Shown: positions 9,629-20,455, counted from the first letter of the stretch. The stretch is 64,000 nt of DNA from Pirellulales bacterium (GCA_963733035.1 CAVTBU010000008.1:384001-448000), one strand, 5' to 3'. A program made the numbers and translations. The notes: generated by a model not told the origin, from the sequence alone.

Positions 9629-10560
9629 AGCGTCGAAGCATCGATCTGCTCGAACCCCAGATTTGCAAACACGGCCCGGGCTGCCTCATTTTCCTCCGGC
9701 ACGTGCACCTCGACTAACGAGACACCCTGAGTATGCAACTGGCGAAAGGCTTCGCCGAGCAGATTTGTGGCCAGGCCGCGGCGACGGCGTTCACTCGTGA
9801 CTTCCAAATCGACGATCCCCACCGCATGGACACCCCAGGCGCCCGCCATGGTTTCGAGGTTCCAGATATAGACGCTGGCCAGGCTTGGATCACCTTCGCG
9901 TTCCACCAGCGACCATCGCGTGCGGTCGAACGGCTCGAACATGACCGCCTCCCACCAATCTTGCGCCGGTGGATCGAACATGGTTTCCAAACGAGTCGTG
10001 CGGCGAATCTGAATCTGCTGCCGATCGACAACAGGACGAAAACCCGCCAAGTCACGATGCAATACCAAGCTGCGCTTGCCTGCTTGGTAACCGGCGCCGC
10101 GAAACAATGCGACGGCGTGGACGTCCGAATCCAAAATGCCCGAAAGTTCGCTCCCCCCATATAGTCCATAGTAGAAAGGCGAAAGCGGATAACAGCCACC
10201 TCCGTAGATCGTCTGGGAACCGCGAGCTCGCAAATATCCCTCGCAGCGGGCCAGCAACGCAGCGGCAATCGCTGGATCGGCGTCAAGTCGAACCATTACC
10301 AGGCTGATCACGCCCCGATCACACTGCAGCGAGTCGCCAGACTCGTTAGGACCAAATCCCGCATGGCCGAAGCCAACCAGCTTGTTTTCGTCGACCGCCA
10401 CGATTAACCCGTCACGGTCGAACGTCGGTTTGGACAGGACGTACCGTTCGAGCGCCGTGACGGACATTGGCTGCATCAGCCCTCGAGTATTTGAGTGGCT
10501 GCGCCAGATCTCCGCTAGTTGTGGCGGATCGGTATTGCGAAATGCGCGGTACTCGATCAA
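9613..10560 (-). CDS. tandem GNAT N-acetyltransferase
   Basis: Two GNAT halves; V.SERRRRGLATNLL, ENEAARAVFANLGF; start (TTG 10560) uncertain. Confidence 0.8.
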   Translation of the reverse strand: MIEYRAFRNTDPPQLAEIWRSHSNTRGLMQPMSVTALERYVLSKPTFDRDGLIVAVDENKLVGFGHAGFGPNESGDSLQCDRGVISLVMVRLDADPAIAAALLARCEGYLRARGSQTIYGGGCYPLSPFYYGLYGGSELSGILDSDVHAVALFRGAGYQAGKRSLVLHRDLAGFRPVVDRQQIQIRRTTRLETMFDPPAQDWWEAVMFEPFDRTRWSLVEREGDPSLASVYIWNLETMAGAWGVHAVGIVDLEVTSERRRRGLATNLLGEAFRQLHTQGVSLVEVHVPEENEAARAVFANLGFEQIDASTLYFKD

Positions 10561-10586
10561 GGCAGAATTCTCGCTGGACGCAGGAG

Positions 10587-10896
10587 TCACCCCAAATCTA
10601 CCAGGATCCACTCTCCTTCAACACGCACTTCGAAACAGGCGCTGCTTGATTTGTGCGTTGAACTGATGCCGACCGCTCGTAACGTCGAACTGCCAGCCGT
10701 GCCACGGGCAGGTCACTACACTCCCTTCCAGCAATCCGCGACCAAGCGGTCCGCCCTGGTGCGGACATACGCCATCCAAGGCGTAGAACTTGCCCTGAAC
10801 GTTGAAGAGCGCGACAACTCTCCCTTCGGCGACGCACTCTTTCGAGGCACCCACCGGCAGTTCGTTCACGCGGGCAAGCTGAATCCAATTAGGCAT
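10587..10896 (-). CDS. Rieske [2Fe-2S] ferredoxin, frameshift near 10640
   Basis: CPHQGGPL and CPWHGWQFD; shifted frame gives typical end CFEVRVEGEWILVDLG*. Confidence 0.9.
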
Positions 10897-11013
10897 GCGA
10901 ATCGAGAATTCGGCCTACTCAAGGCTGTCGGTCGTTTAGCCCATTAACGGAAGGCTTGGTAGCAGGGCGGTTTGTGAGGCAACAGGTTGCGAACTGGCAG
11001 CAAATGCGGCGAT

Positions 11014-11964
11014 CTAAGCCGCTTTCGGTGGAGACTGGGCGATACTCTTTCGCTTTGGCCGCGGCTTGTAGTCGCGCCAACGACGATGAATCCACCAATA
11101 TTGCTCAGGAGCTTCGCGGATCGTTTGTTCCAACAGTTGAGTATACCACCGCGTGATTGCCGGCACACTTCGCATCTCGCCAGGCATTGTTCTAGGGTCC
11201 AAGACCGCAGTTGTCCCCATCAGCTGGCTGAGAGGACGGTCGCCACGGCGAGAAAAGCAAAAGATTGTAGGGGCCTCGCTCGCCAGCGAGAACAGCGCGA
11301 TTCCCTTGTGACTCGACGCTGGACGGCCGAAGAATTCAACCCAGCACCCTTTGCGACCCGCATTCTGATCGCCCAGCAAGGCCAGAATACCGCCACGTTT
11401 GAGTACCTCTTCGACCGCTCCGGCACTCCCTTCTTTCGGCAGAATATACTGTCCGGTCATGCCCCGGAAGTCGTTCAGATAGCGGTCGAGGTAAGGATTG
11501 TCCAGCGTGCGGGCAATTGTAAAAGATGGAAAACCCAAGATGCCCAGCGCAAAGCCCGACAGTTCGAAATTACCATAGTGCCCGCATATGACGATCGAGG
11601 GCCGATCGTCGAAAAACGCGCGTATTATCTGGTCGGCGTTGATCAGCGTGACGTACTGGCGCCAGTTGGTGTGATGAATCTTGCGCGGGGCGTGTATGAT
11701 CTCGACAACTAGCAGGAAGAGATGTTCCCACATTTTCCAAGCGAGTATCTTGCGTTCGGCGGCGGTCATCTCTGGAAACGCGGATTTGAGATTCTCCTCT
11801 ACCAGTCGCCGCCGAATCTTAAGCACGCTGGCACACAGAGTTGCCAGCCCACGTGCGATCAACGCGCACGATTCAACGGGCATCGCTTGTACGATGCAGA
11901 CGAAGATTCGGACCACAAGATAGGCCAGGTAATCGGCGATGGTTCGCGGCCGGAGTCGTCGCAC
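11014..11964 (-). CDS. lipid A late acyltransferase (LpxL/HtrB family)
   Basis: GHYGNFE, LLGDQN, VEFFGRPA, IREAPEQYWWIHRRWR. Confidence 0.9.
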   Translation of the reverse strand: MRRLRPRTIADYLAYLVVRIFVCIVQAMPVESCALIARGLATLCASVLKIRRRLVEENLKSAFPEMTAAERKILAWKMWEHLFLLVVEIIHAPRKIHHTNWRQYVTLINADQIIRAFFDDRPSIVICGHYGNFELSGFALGILGFPSFTIARTLDNPYLDRYLNDFRGMTGQYILPKEGSAGAVEEVLKRGGILALLGDQNAGRKGCWVEFFGRPASSHKGIALFSLASEAPTIFCFSRRGDRPLSQLMGTTAVLDPRTMPGEMRSVPAITRWYTQLLEQTIREAPEQYWWIHRRWRDYKPRPKRKSIAQSPPKAA

Positions 11965-12138
11965 GAGAGTCCATTTTCGGGATTAACAACACGAGCTAGC
12001 AGCAGTGCGTCGCCAATTGTGCCATGGGCGGGACAATCGGCCAAGAGCGTTTCTAGCCCACCTCTGGCGTTGACAACAATTCGAAAAACTGCGACGGTTC
12101 CCACCCAAAAACCCCCAAATCCTGCCGGAGGCTTGGAC

Positions 12139-13152
12139 ATGGTACGTTCCAACGACAATTGCTGCGTGCTGGGACTGACGTCGACACGGCAGGCTGTCGG
12201 ATTTGGTCTGGCCTACGCCGCAATTGGCGCCCTGGCGGCATCGCTCACCTGGGGCACTTTGGACAGGGATGTTTCCGTTTCGCCGCGACTTGCAAGTGAG
12301 GCCCGGCCGATTTCCATGCATCGAGCATTTGGGCCGGGTATAAACTCCAACGCAGGTTTGGTCGGCGAAGTGGTCTCGGCGGAGTCTTGCTGCGCAAAGC
12401 CCAGCGGATGTCCCGAATGTTCTAGCGACAAAACTTGCACGCACGCTCACCGCTGCGAAGACTGTGCGTTTTGCAAGGCCCGGGCACGGCGTGCCCAGCA
12501 CGCTGCGGTCCGCTTTGTACCGCTCCATAAACGACCCGACTATCATGTTGAGTCGTCCGATATCCTTGCCGTGAACATAACCCCAACGGAATCCGACAAG
12601 CAGCTAATCGATGGCAAACTCTTAGTTCATTCGGACGGCAAGATCGACCTCGGCACATGGGGCAAGCTCCACGTCGCGGGCTTGACCACCAATGAAATTA
12701 GGGACGCGGTAGCGGAATTCATCGACGCGGATGCGAACCGAATGAGCGTGGACGTTTCCGTCCACACGCAGAATAGTCACGTTTATTACGTCGTCACCGA
12801 AGGTGCCTTGGATGGGGATACCGCCGCTCGCTACCCTGTCCAAGGCAACGAAACGGTGCTGGATGCCATCGCATCGGCCGGAACGATCAATGAAATGGGA
12901 AAGAAGCGGATTTGGATCGCGCGACCTACGATTGGCGGCGTCGGCACCGACACAATAATCCCCATTTCGTGGCGCTGGACGTCTCCCACGACGATGGTCT
13001 GCGAGAATCCGCTTCTATTGCCGGGTGATCGAGTGTTTCTGTCGACCCCACCCTCCTGGATCGCCTTTATCGAGCGTGCCGCTGAACTCACGCGGAATCG
13101 CCAAGCAAATCGAGCATTACCGGAGACGTGGACGGAGCCGGCGGTTAGGTAG
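12139..13152 (+). CDS. polysaccharide export/SLBB (Wza-like) protein with Cys-rich linker
   Basis: GGAGG RBS; LVHSDGKIDLGTWGKLHVAGLT, GNETVLDAI, IWIARP, LLPGDRVF. Confidence 0.75.
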   Translation: MVRSNDNCCVLGLTSTRQAVGFGLAYAAIGALAASLTWGTLDRDVSVSPRLASEARPISMHRAFGPGINSNAGLVGEVVSAESCCAKPSGCPECSSDKTCTHAHRCEDCAFCKARARRAQHAAVRFVPLHKRPDYHVESSDILAVNITPTESDKQLIDGKLLVHSDGKIDLGTWGKLHVAGLTTNEIRDAVAEFIDADANRMSVDVSVHTQNSHVYYVVTEGALDGDTAARYPVQGNETVLDAIASAGTINEMGKKRIWIARPTIGGVGTDTIIPISWRWTSPTTMVCENPLLLPGDRVFLSTPPSWIAFIERAAELTRNRQANRALPETWTEPAVR

Positions 13153-13186
13153 CATGGCTAGATTGACTTCGTTTCCCGCGATGCAG

Positions 13187-14293
13187 CTAAACTCTTTTCT
13201 TACGCGCGGCCAAAACTGGATCACTCGCCAGCGGCAGTTTCACAACTTTGCCGGTTTCCGCGGCCTTGTAGATCCCCAGGATGATTTCGACCGAACGACG
13301 ACCTTCATGCCCGTCGACCGCTGGTGCGCGGTTCTCTCGAATCGCGTCGAGGACGTCGCGGAACTGTTCCGTATGACCATGATGACCGATGGCGCTCGGG
13401 TCGCTGGCGCCACCGGCCGTGCTGATGCGCTCTGCCATTTTTTTGTGAATCGCCGCGTCGCCGCGACCCTTCTTGGCAAAGTCCCAGACGACGATATCTT
13501 CCTCCTCCATTGCGGCACTACCAGCTGAACCGTGGACTTCGATCCGCTTCAGGTAACCAGGGTAGGCCGCTGTGGAAGCTTCAATGACACCCAATGCGCC
13601 GCTGGCAAACTTGACGGTGGCCACAGCCGTGTCTTCGACGGCAATCCTCTTGTGAGCCAGAAGCCCAGTATGCGCGGTGATTTCGACTACCGGCCCCATC
13701 AGCCAAGTGAGAATATCGACGCTATGGATGGCTTGGTTCATCAAGGCACCACCACCGTCGAGTTCCCACGTACCGCGCCAGGCACCGCTATCATAGTACT
13801 CTTGCGTTCGGTACCACTTCACAGACGACTCGCCGAGCGTCAGACGCCCGAAGCGCCCGTCTTCGACCGCCTGGCGCATGGCGACGCTTGAGCGGTGAAA
13901 CCGCGACGGAAAGATGGCCGACAGTTTAACTTTGTTTTTTTCGCATTCACGAATGATCTGGTCGCAGCGTTTGAGTGTAATCTCAAGCGGCTTTTCAACG
14001 ATCACGTGCTTGCCGGCTCTAGCTGCCGCCAGGGCAGGCTCGAGGTGAGCCCCGCTGGGCGTACCGACCGTCACAACGTCAACTTCGGAATCGGCCAACA
14101 TGTCGTCCAGTTTATGATAAGCCCGACACCCCTGAGCTGCGGCCAGTCGATCAGCCGCCGCAGGTACTGCGTCGAAGCATGCCACAAGCCGCGCTCCACG
14201 AATGTCCGCAATCGCCTTGGCATGAAAACTGGCAATCATGCCACAGCCAATGATCCCGAAGCCGTAGTTCTTCGCTTTTGCCACTTTAGCCAC
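13187..14293 (-). CDS. Gfo/Idh/MocA oxidoreductase
   Basis: GIIGCGMIA, GKHVIVEKP, DGGGALMNQAIHSVD. Confidence 0.9.
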   Translation of the reverse strand: MAKVAKAKNYGFGIIGCGMIASFHAKAIADIRGARLVACFDAVPAAADRLAAAQGCRAYHKLDDMLADSEVDVVTVGTPSGAHLEPALAAARAGKHVIVEKPLEITLKRCDQIIRECEKNKVKLSAIFPSRFHRSSVAMRQAVEDGRFGRLTLGESSVKWYRTQEYYDSGAWRGTWELDGGGALMNQAIHSVDILTWLMGPVVEITAHTGLLAHKRIAVEDTAVATVKFASGALGVIEASTAAYPGYLKRIEVHGSAGSAAMEEEDIVVWDFAKKGRGDAAIHKKMAERISTAGGASDPSAIGHHGHTEQFRDVLDAIRENRAPAVDGHEGRRSVEIILGIYKAAETGKVVKLPLASDPVLAARKKRV

Positions 14294-14411
14294 CGTGCGA
14301 GTCTCCCCCAAGTTTCTCAAGAGTCGTGTGGAAGTGGCGATTTTAAAAGCCCCGAAGCGCGAATGAAAGGGTGGGGGGGCGTGCTTCCTGTCTCCTTCCC
14401 AGTGCACGTGG

Positions 14412-15284
14412 CTATTGTGCCTCACCCGGCATGAAATACATGATCCACATATTGAGCATCGTCCAACCATTGACGCCCGTATGAATGACGATTGAGGGAA
14501 GGATGCGGTGCGTTTGGCGGTATGCGTAGCCCAAAAAAAGGGACAACACGAAAATCGCCGCGGGATCGGGTCCTGCCGCGGCATGCATTGCCGCGAAAAG
14601 GGACGAGGCGATGAGCAGCGGTGCAAAACCTGGCATCTCCGAATGATCCGGATTTCGAACCTTGCGAATACGAACCTGCTCCGCCTCCAACCAACCCTGC
14701 AAAACCACGCGGAAAACGAACTCCTCAAGCCACGGCGCAACCCCCACTGCTGCAAACGTCGCCAACACCATGATCCCCAAGTTTGGGCGGTGCCTGGCCA
14801 GTTCCAAGACAGGCTGCTTTGAGGGAATGCCGAGGTATTCCGTAAAAAAGACCTGGATCACCATCACCGGCACGATGGCGGCCAGGAACAGCCAAAAACC
14901 GGTGCGCATGTCGGCCGCCAGGTGCGACTTGTCCCATCCCAGGTCATCAAGGTACGCTCCCCGCTGGAGAAGATAGACGACGGCGAACGCAAACCACAAT
15001 AAATGTGCGGCCGAAGAGGTCGCTAACATGGATGGAACTTGTGCGTCCTCGGTGCCTCCCGCCCAAAAGAGGCCGACATTCGCGGCCAAGATTTCTAAGC
15101 ACAAGAACGACAATGCCAGAATCAGCATGTCGACAGCCACCCACGGCACTGGCAATCGTGGCGCCAACAGTACCAGCGGCTGGCGGTGCCGAACTCGCCA
15201 AACAATGCGCACCCAGGAGAGGAGACTGCCGCCGATTAGAAGCAGCGACAGCCCACCAATCACGGCCCCAGCGTTGTCGTTCAT
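14412..15284 (-). CDS. CPBP (Abi) intramembrane metalloprotease
   Basis: APWLEEFVFR, SSLFAAMH, SIVIHTGVN. Confidence 0.85.
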   Translation of the reverse strand: MNDNAGAVIGGLSLLLIGGSLLSWVRIVWRVRHRQPLVLLAPRLPVPWVAVDMLILALSFLCLEILAANVGLFWAGGTEDAQVPSMLATSSAAHLLWFAFAVVYLLQRGAYLDDLGWDKSHLAADMRTGFWLFLAAIVPVMVIQVFFTEYLGIPSKQPVLELARHRPNLGIMVLATFAAVGVAPWLEEFVFRVVLQGWLEAEQVRIRKVRNPDHSEMPGFAPLLIASSLFAAMHAAAGPDPAAIFVLSLFLGYAYRQTHRILPSIVIHTGVNGWTMLNMWIMYFMPGEAQ

Positions 15285-15321
15285 GATCGCTCGCGGGATG
15301 CCGCGCTACGGGGCTCAAAGG

Positions 15322-15912
15322 CTAGCGATTGCCCCTCAGAAGTACGACGGCCCGCTGAATGTAGGCCAGCCCCGAGTATAGTGTCAGCAGAATGGCCGCC
15401 CACACACTCAAGAGTAAGGTCCACTGGAGCCACTCTGGTCGTGGCCCGACTTGAGAAAGGGCGAAGAGTGAAAATCCAGCGGCCAAGCATTGCAGAACCA
15501 TCTTGAGCTTGCCGGCCATATTGGCCGAAAAATCGGCTCCTTCGCCCTCAAGATAGCTGCGCAGCGCCGTTACAAGCAGTTCGCGACCCACGATGACCAC
15601 GGCCATCCAGGCGGTTACGCCGGAGTCGGGCACTGCCACCAGGAAGATAAACGTGCCGCAAATGATAATCTTATCGACAAACGGGTCGAGAATGCGGCCT
15701 AAATTGGTCACTTGGCCGTATTTGCGGGCCCAGTAGCCGTCAAGCCAGTCGGTGCTGGCCGCGACGACAAAAAGCACCAAGCTCGTTAGGTAGTACTGCA
15801 AGGCGATAAACACGAACAGCACGATCGACAAAAGCAATCGCGAAACCGTCAATTGATTTGGGACGTTGAACAGCGGTTGCTGGGCCGCAGCTTTTTCTGT
15901 GACGACCGACAT
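15322..15912 (-). CDS. pgsA: CDP-DAG--glycerol-3-phosphate 3-phosphatidyltransferase
   Basis: NVPNQLT; TDWLDGYWARKYGQVTNLGRILDPFVDK. Confidence 0.95.
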   Translation of the reverse strand: MSVVTEKAAAQQPLFNVPNQLTVSRLLLSIVLFVFIALQYYLTSLVLFVVAASTDWLDGYWARKYGQVTNLGRILDPFVDKIIICGTFIFLVAVPDSGVTAWMAVVIVGRELLVTALRSYLEGEGADFSANMAGKLKMVLQCLAAGFSLFALSQVGPRPEWLQWTLLLSVWAAILLTLYSGLAYIQRAVVLLRGNR

Positions 15913-15960
15913 GATGCACTTCGCCTCCTAGCAGCCTGGGTTTGCTAATGCAGGGCTCGT

Positions 15961-17358
15961 TTAGCGGGGCTTGTCGACTGCGACTCCTACTAAATCATAG
16001 TTGCTCGTGGCCACGATTTCACATTGCACCAGTTGGCCGGGCCGCAGCCTCCTACCCGAAACATACACCACGCCGTCGACATCGGGCGCATCCGCCATGC
16101 TGCGGCCAATCCATGCGTCGCTTTCACCCGGCACCAAACTGTCGATCAACACGTCGAATTTCCGCCCCACTTGCCGGGCATTCCGGTTGAACGCAATCTG
16201 CTGCTGGACGGCCATCAGACGCTCCCGGCGCGATTCCTTCACTTCGTCAGGCACATGGTCCGGCAACCGGGCGGCCGGCGTATCCGGCTCGAACGAGTAG
16301 CTGAAAACCCCTAAACGCTCGAATTCCTGGGCGGATACGAAATCCAACAACTCCTCGAATTGCTCACTGGTTTCGCCCGGAAAACCCGTGATGAACGTCG
16401 TTCGTAACGTCAGGTTTGCAATCCGGCTACGGAGTTTGACGAGGAGTTCCTCGGTCGACGCACGATCTACTCGGCGCTGCATCCGCTTGAGCATCGTGTC
16501 GTTAATATGCTGCAGCGGCAAGTCGAGATAAGGGATGACCTTCTTGCTCGTGGCTATCTTTTCGATCAGGTCGTCTCCGAAGTACATCGGGTAAAGATAC
16601 ATCAGCCGAATCCATTCGATTCCATCGACCTTTTCCAATTCGCCCAGAAGCTGGACAAGCCGCGGTTCGCCATACAGATCGATACCGTAGTAGGTCGTAT
16701 CTTGAGCCACGATGACCAACTCTCGAACACCGTCAGCCGCGAGTTCTCGGGCTTCTGCCACGATCTCTTCGATCGCCTTGGTGGCATGCTTGCCGCGCAT
16801 TTTTGGAATTGCACAGAAAGTGCACAGTCGATCACAGCCTTCTGAAATCTTCAGGAATGCAAAATGTCGCGGAGTAATCCGCAAGCGGTCCCGGTCCACG
16901 AGCGGAACTGACGGCGCCGGCCGGAATACGGTCCGCTGCTCGTCCAACCCACCGATCAGCCGGTCGGCCACCTTGGTCACCTGCTCGCGGCCAAAAACTC
17001 CGACCAGATGATCAATGTCAGGCATCGTTGTGAGGAGAGATTCCCTCTGTCGTTCGGCCAGGCAACCGGAAACGATCACGCCGCGAATTTCCCCTTTACG
17101 TTTCAGTTCGAGCATCTCTTCGATGACTGAAAACGATTCTGCGCGTGCCCGTTCGATGAATCCACAAGTATTCACGACCACGAAATCGGCGCCGGCCGGC
17201 TCCTGTACTAACCGGTAGCCATCGAGTTGCAACAGCCCCAACATCCGCTCGCTGTCAACTAAGTTTTTGGGGCAGCCAAGACTAACGAACGAATACGTTC
17301 CTTTGGCGATCGCGGGTACGGCGGGCGGAGTCGCGGGTTCGGGTGAGGTGGTTGACAA
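15961..17358 (-). CDS. rimO: ribosomal protein S12 methylthiotransferase
   Basis: SLGCPKNLVDSE, NTCGFI, EGCDRLCTFCAIP, DAPDVDG TRAM domain; start uncertain. Confidence 0.95.
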   Translation of the reverse strand: MSTTSPEPATPPAVPAIAKGTYSFVSLGCPKNLVDSERMLGLLQLDGYRLVQEPAGADFVVVNTCGFIERARAESFSVIEEMLELKRKGEIRGVIVSGCLAERQRESLLTTMPDIDHLVGVFGREQVTKVADRLIGGLDEQRTVFRPAPSVPLVDRDRLRITPRHFAFLKISEGCDRLCTFCAIPKMRGKHATKAIEEIVAEARELAADGVRELVIVAQDTTYYGIDLYGEPRLVQLLGELEKVDGIEWIRLMYLYPMYFGDDLIEKIATSKKVIPYLDLPLQHINDTMLKRMQRRVDRASTEELLVKLRSRIANLTLRTTFITGFPGETSEQFEELLDFVSAQEFERLGVFSYSFEPDTPAARLPDHVPDEVKESRRERLMAVQQQIAFNRNARQVGRKFDVLIDSLVPGESDAWIGRSMADAPDVDGVVYVSGRRLRPGQLVQCEIVATSNYDLVGVAVDKPR

Positions 17359-17516
17359 GGTGGGACGATCCGTCAATTGAGCGTCGAAAAGGGAGAGCAG
17401 CAAACACTTTCCAATCGTATCCGATCGGGGTCAAGGTGGCGAGGGCGACGCCACTTGCAGACAATTGGGGGGATCGCTAGAATAGTGTACATACGTTCAT
17501 ATTCGAGGCAATCGAA

Positions 17517-18248
17517 ATGCTTCCCGAAATAACTCAGGACGAGTTCTCCGCGGCACTCGATGGAGTCGCGGCCGAGCTTTTGGCCCAGGTGCCAACACCG
17601 GCGCCCCCGGTGGACGCGCTCACGTTGGCCCGCCGATTGGGGCTGGATGTCGCTTGGGACGAAAACCAAGTTGGCCGTGGTCGCACTGCCCGACTGGCGG
17701 GACGCACGAGTGCTGCAAACCAGCCGTCCATCCTGCTGCGACCCGATCCTCGCCGCGAACGACTTCAGTGGGCGATTGCCCACGAGATCGGTGAATGGTG
17801 CGCGTACCAGGTATTTGAATCGCTCTCGGTCGACCCCCTCGAGGCACCGTCAGCCGCCCGCGAATCGGTTGCCAATCATCTCGCTTCGAGAATCCTGTTG
17901 CCGCGGGGGGAGTTTGGCTGTGATGCTCGTGAATGCGGCTGGGACTTGTTCGAGCTTAAAGCCCGGTATTCTACAGCTAGCCACGAATTGATTGCCCGGC
18001 GGATGCTCGATTTCGCGCCCGTGGTAATTATTACTATATTCGATCAGGGGCGCCGCAGTTTCCGACGCGGAAACCTTCCATTTCGGGCGCCACCGTTGGG
18101 ATACTTCGAAGAATCCGTCCGGGAACGCTGTCACCGGCAGGCCGAGGCGGCTGTCGACTCGGATAGCGCACTGCGCGTTCAGGCTTGGCCCATTCACGAA
18201 CCCGGCTGGAAGCGAGAAATCCTCCGCACCGAATGGCTCGCGGAATAA
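17517..18248 (+). CDS. ImmA/IrrE-like (DUF955) protein with variant HEIGE motif
   Basis: PPVDALTLARRLG, RERLQWAIAHEIGE, ESVANHLASRILLP. Confidence 0.7.
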   Translation: MLPEITQDEFSAALDGVAAELLAQVPTPAPPVDALTLARRLGLDVAWDENQVGRGRTARLAGRTSAANQPSILLRPDPRRERLQWAIAHEIGEWCAYQVFESLSVDPLEAPSAARESVANHLASRILLPRGEFGCDARECGWDLFELKARYSTASHELIARRMLDFAPVVIITIFDQGRRSFRRGNLPFRAPPLGYFEESVRERCHRQAEAAVDSDSALRVQAWPIHEPGWKREILRTEWLAE

Positions 18249-18256
18249 TGCCCACT

Positions 18257-18835
18257 CTAGCTGTGCATTCGGGGCAGGGGATCTCCCTCGGCAATGACCG
18301 CCGCCTCGGCGACCGCGAGTTCGTCCAACCGAGATCGAATTGATTCCTCGTCGCCAAAATGACAAGCTATCCGGACGTACGTGCTGTGGTGGCGGGCCTC
18401 GGACTCGAAAAGGCTGCCGTAGAATTCAGCAAGCGATGAGTCAGCGACATGCTCGCGGAGCAGGGAAAATCGCTCGCAACTTCGGGCTTCAATCAAGCTG
18501 GCGATTAAAAGTCGATCAATGGCCCGCATGGGCTCGCCTTGCCGCACCAAGTCGTTGAGCGTCCGTCCATAGGAACTCGGCTTGAGAGACTTGTAGTGGA
18601 CCCCGCGGTCCTCCAGCAGTCGCAGTACAAGCTGGAAATGCTCAATTTCCTCGATAATGATTTCGGACAGCTCATGGGAAATCATCGGGGCCGCGGTGCC
18701 GTAGGCGAATAGCAAGTTCATCGCAGTACCGGCAGCCTTCTTCTCGCAGTGTGCGTGATCGATGAGGATGCTATCGAGATCCTGATCGACCTGTCGCAAC
18801 CAGCGTTCATCGGTTTGACTCTTCAGGCCCAGCAT
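18257..18835 (-). CDS. miaE: tRNA 2-methylthio-N6-isopentenyladenosine hydroxylase
   Basis: ILIDHAHCEKKAA, EEIEHF, IEARSCERF, SEARHH. Confidence 0.93.
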   Translation of the reverse strand: MLGLKSQTDERWLRQVDQDLDSILIDHAHCEKKAAGTAMNLLFAYGTAAPMISHELSEIIIEEIEHFQLVLRLLEDRGVHYKSLKPSSYGRTLNDLVRQGEPMRAIDRLLIASLIEARSCERFSLLREHVADSSLAEFYGSLFESEARHHSTYVRIACHFGDEESIRSRLDELAVAEAAVIAEGDPLPRMHS

Positions 18836-19097
18836 GCGCGTCTCTCCGGAAATCGCCAAGACTACGGTGTCTGCAATGAGCTTAACGCGTCGAATCAGCG
18901 GCGATAAGGCCTGAAGCACAACAAGTGCTCGCACGGGCCAGCTTTCCACGGCGCGATCGGACGCGAACGGCAAACCGCTCAGATCCGGGCCGTTACGCAC
19001 ACCACCATAAACTCGTGTTCGCAGGCCCCGATGCCGGAATCTATACTGAAAGCAAGCATGGACCCGATAGAATTCGAAGAAGGGGAGGACGTTGGGC

Positions 19098-19742
19098 ATG
19101 ATTCAAGCGCGCGTGTGGCGGTGGTTGCGAGTCTCACTGTTCCTCTTTGCCTCGGGCCTGACGATGCCAAACGTCGCGGGCGAACCATTACCTGGTACCA
19201 ACGACGCGCTTGATGAAGACTATCCTCGGGCCACGCTTCCTGAGGCCGTTTCCGGCGAAGACCTCTGTCTCGTCGACGCACGCGGCTCAAAGGCCACCGT
19301 GCTCATCTGCATGTCTGGAGATTGTCCCATCTCAAACGAGTACGCACCCACAATCGTCAAGATTGCCAAAGCCTATAGCGATCGAGGCGTGGCGTTCATC
19401 GGCATCAATCCGAACGGTGGACAAACACTCGAACTCATGGCCGAATACGCTCGCAAGCACGAACTTCCGTTTCCCTATGTGAAGGATTCTGGCGGCAAGG
19501 TATCTCGGCGAATGCTGTTCAGCGTCACCCCCGAGGTACGCGTGTTCGACGCGGGCGGCAAGTTGGCTTATAGCGGCCGAATCGATGATCGCTATCGTCG
19601 CGGAGGCGCAGGCGACAAGAACGTCGCCAAGGATCTGGAGCGGGCCTTGGATGAAGTGTTGTCTGGCAAGCCTGTTAGCGCTTCACGCACGAAGGCGATG
19701 GGCTGTCCCCTGCAGGTGGCCGTCCCGCGCGATACCAACTAA
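19098..19742 (+). CDS. exported redoxin/thioredoxin-fold protein
   Basis: CPISNEY, TPEV, YSGRIDDRY, TKAMGC. Confidence 0.8.
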   Translation: MIQARVWRWLRVSLFLFASGLTMPNVAGEPLPGTNDALDEDYPRATLPEAVSGEDLCLVDARGSKATVLICMSGDCPISNEYAPTIVKIAKAYSDRGVAFIGINPNGGQTLELMAEYARKHELPFPYVKDSGGKVSRRMLFSVTPEVRVFDAGGKLAYSGRIDDRYRRGGAGDKNVAKDLERALDEVLSGKPVSASRTKAMGCPLQVAVPRDTN

Positions 19743-19783
19743 TGTTTCGGTATCAAGGCGGATCAATTGCATTCGAACCCGTT

Positions 19784-20455
19784 CTATGCCGCAACGGGAA
19801 TCAGACACAGGATTGCATAGTAGTGGCATGCGCTACCTGCGAGCACCAGTAAATGCCAAGCAGCATGAAAGTAGGGCACGCGGTCGTCTTTCATTAGGAA
19901 CAAGGTGCCAATCGTGTAAAAGATCCCGCCCAGGGCCATCCAACCGAGGATGTGTGACGGTACGATTTCGACAATGGGCTTGATTGCCACGATCGGCAGC
20001 CAGCCAAGCATCACATAGGCCGCAATCGAAACATTATGCAGCCGCGTGTAAAAGATCTTGAAGAAAATCCCCACGAGTGCCAGCGTCCAGACGCAGATAA
20101 AAAGCACCCACCACCAACCATCGCGAAAATAGGTCAGCGCCAGCGGCGTAAACGTACCGGCGATGAGCAGGAAAATACAAACCTGATCGACTGTTCGAAA
20201 GAAGTGACGCAATCGAGGACGTTCGAAACTGTGCGAAAGCGTCGAAGCCGCGTATAGCGCCACGAGGGTGGCGCCGTAGATACCGACACCCACGGCCTGT
20301 AGTCCGTCACCGTCATTCAGGCCTCGATCGAGCAACAGAATCGTTCCCAGGATTGACAGCGCCAGTCCTAGGCCATGCGTGATGGAGTTGGCAACCTCTT
20401 CGGGCCGCGAGAGCGGAGCGGGCAGTTCAGGTAGGTCGACGACGGTGCTGCTCAT
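19784..20455 (-). CDS. hemolysin III / PAQR family membrane protein
   Basis: EEVANSITHG, ASTLSH, IFLLIAGTFTP, YFHAAWHLLVLAGSACH. Confidence 0.9.
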   Translation of the reverse strand: MSSTVVDLPELPAPLSRPEEVANSITHGLGLALSILGTILLLDRGLNDGDGLQAVGVGIYGATLVALYAASTLSHSFERPRLRHFFRTVDQVCIFLLIAGTFTPLALTYFRDGWWWVLFICVWTLALVGIFFKIFYTRLHNVSIAAYVMLGWLPIVAIKPIVEIVPSHILGWMALGGIFYTIGTLFLMKDDRVPYFHAAWHLLVLAGSACHYYAILCLIPVAA

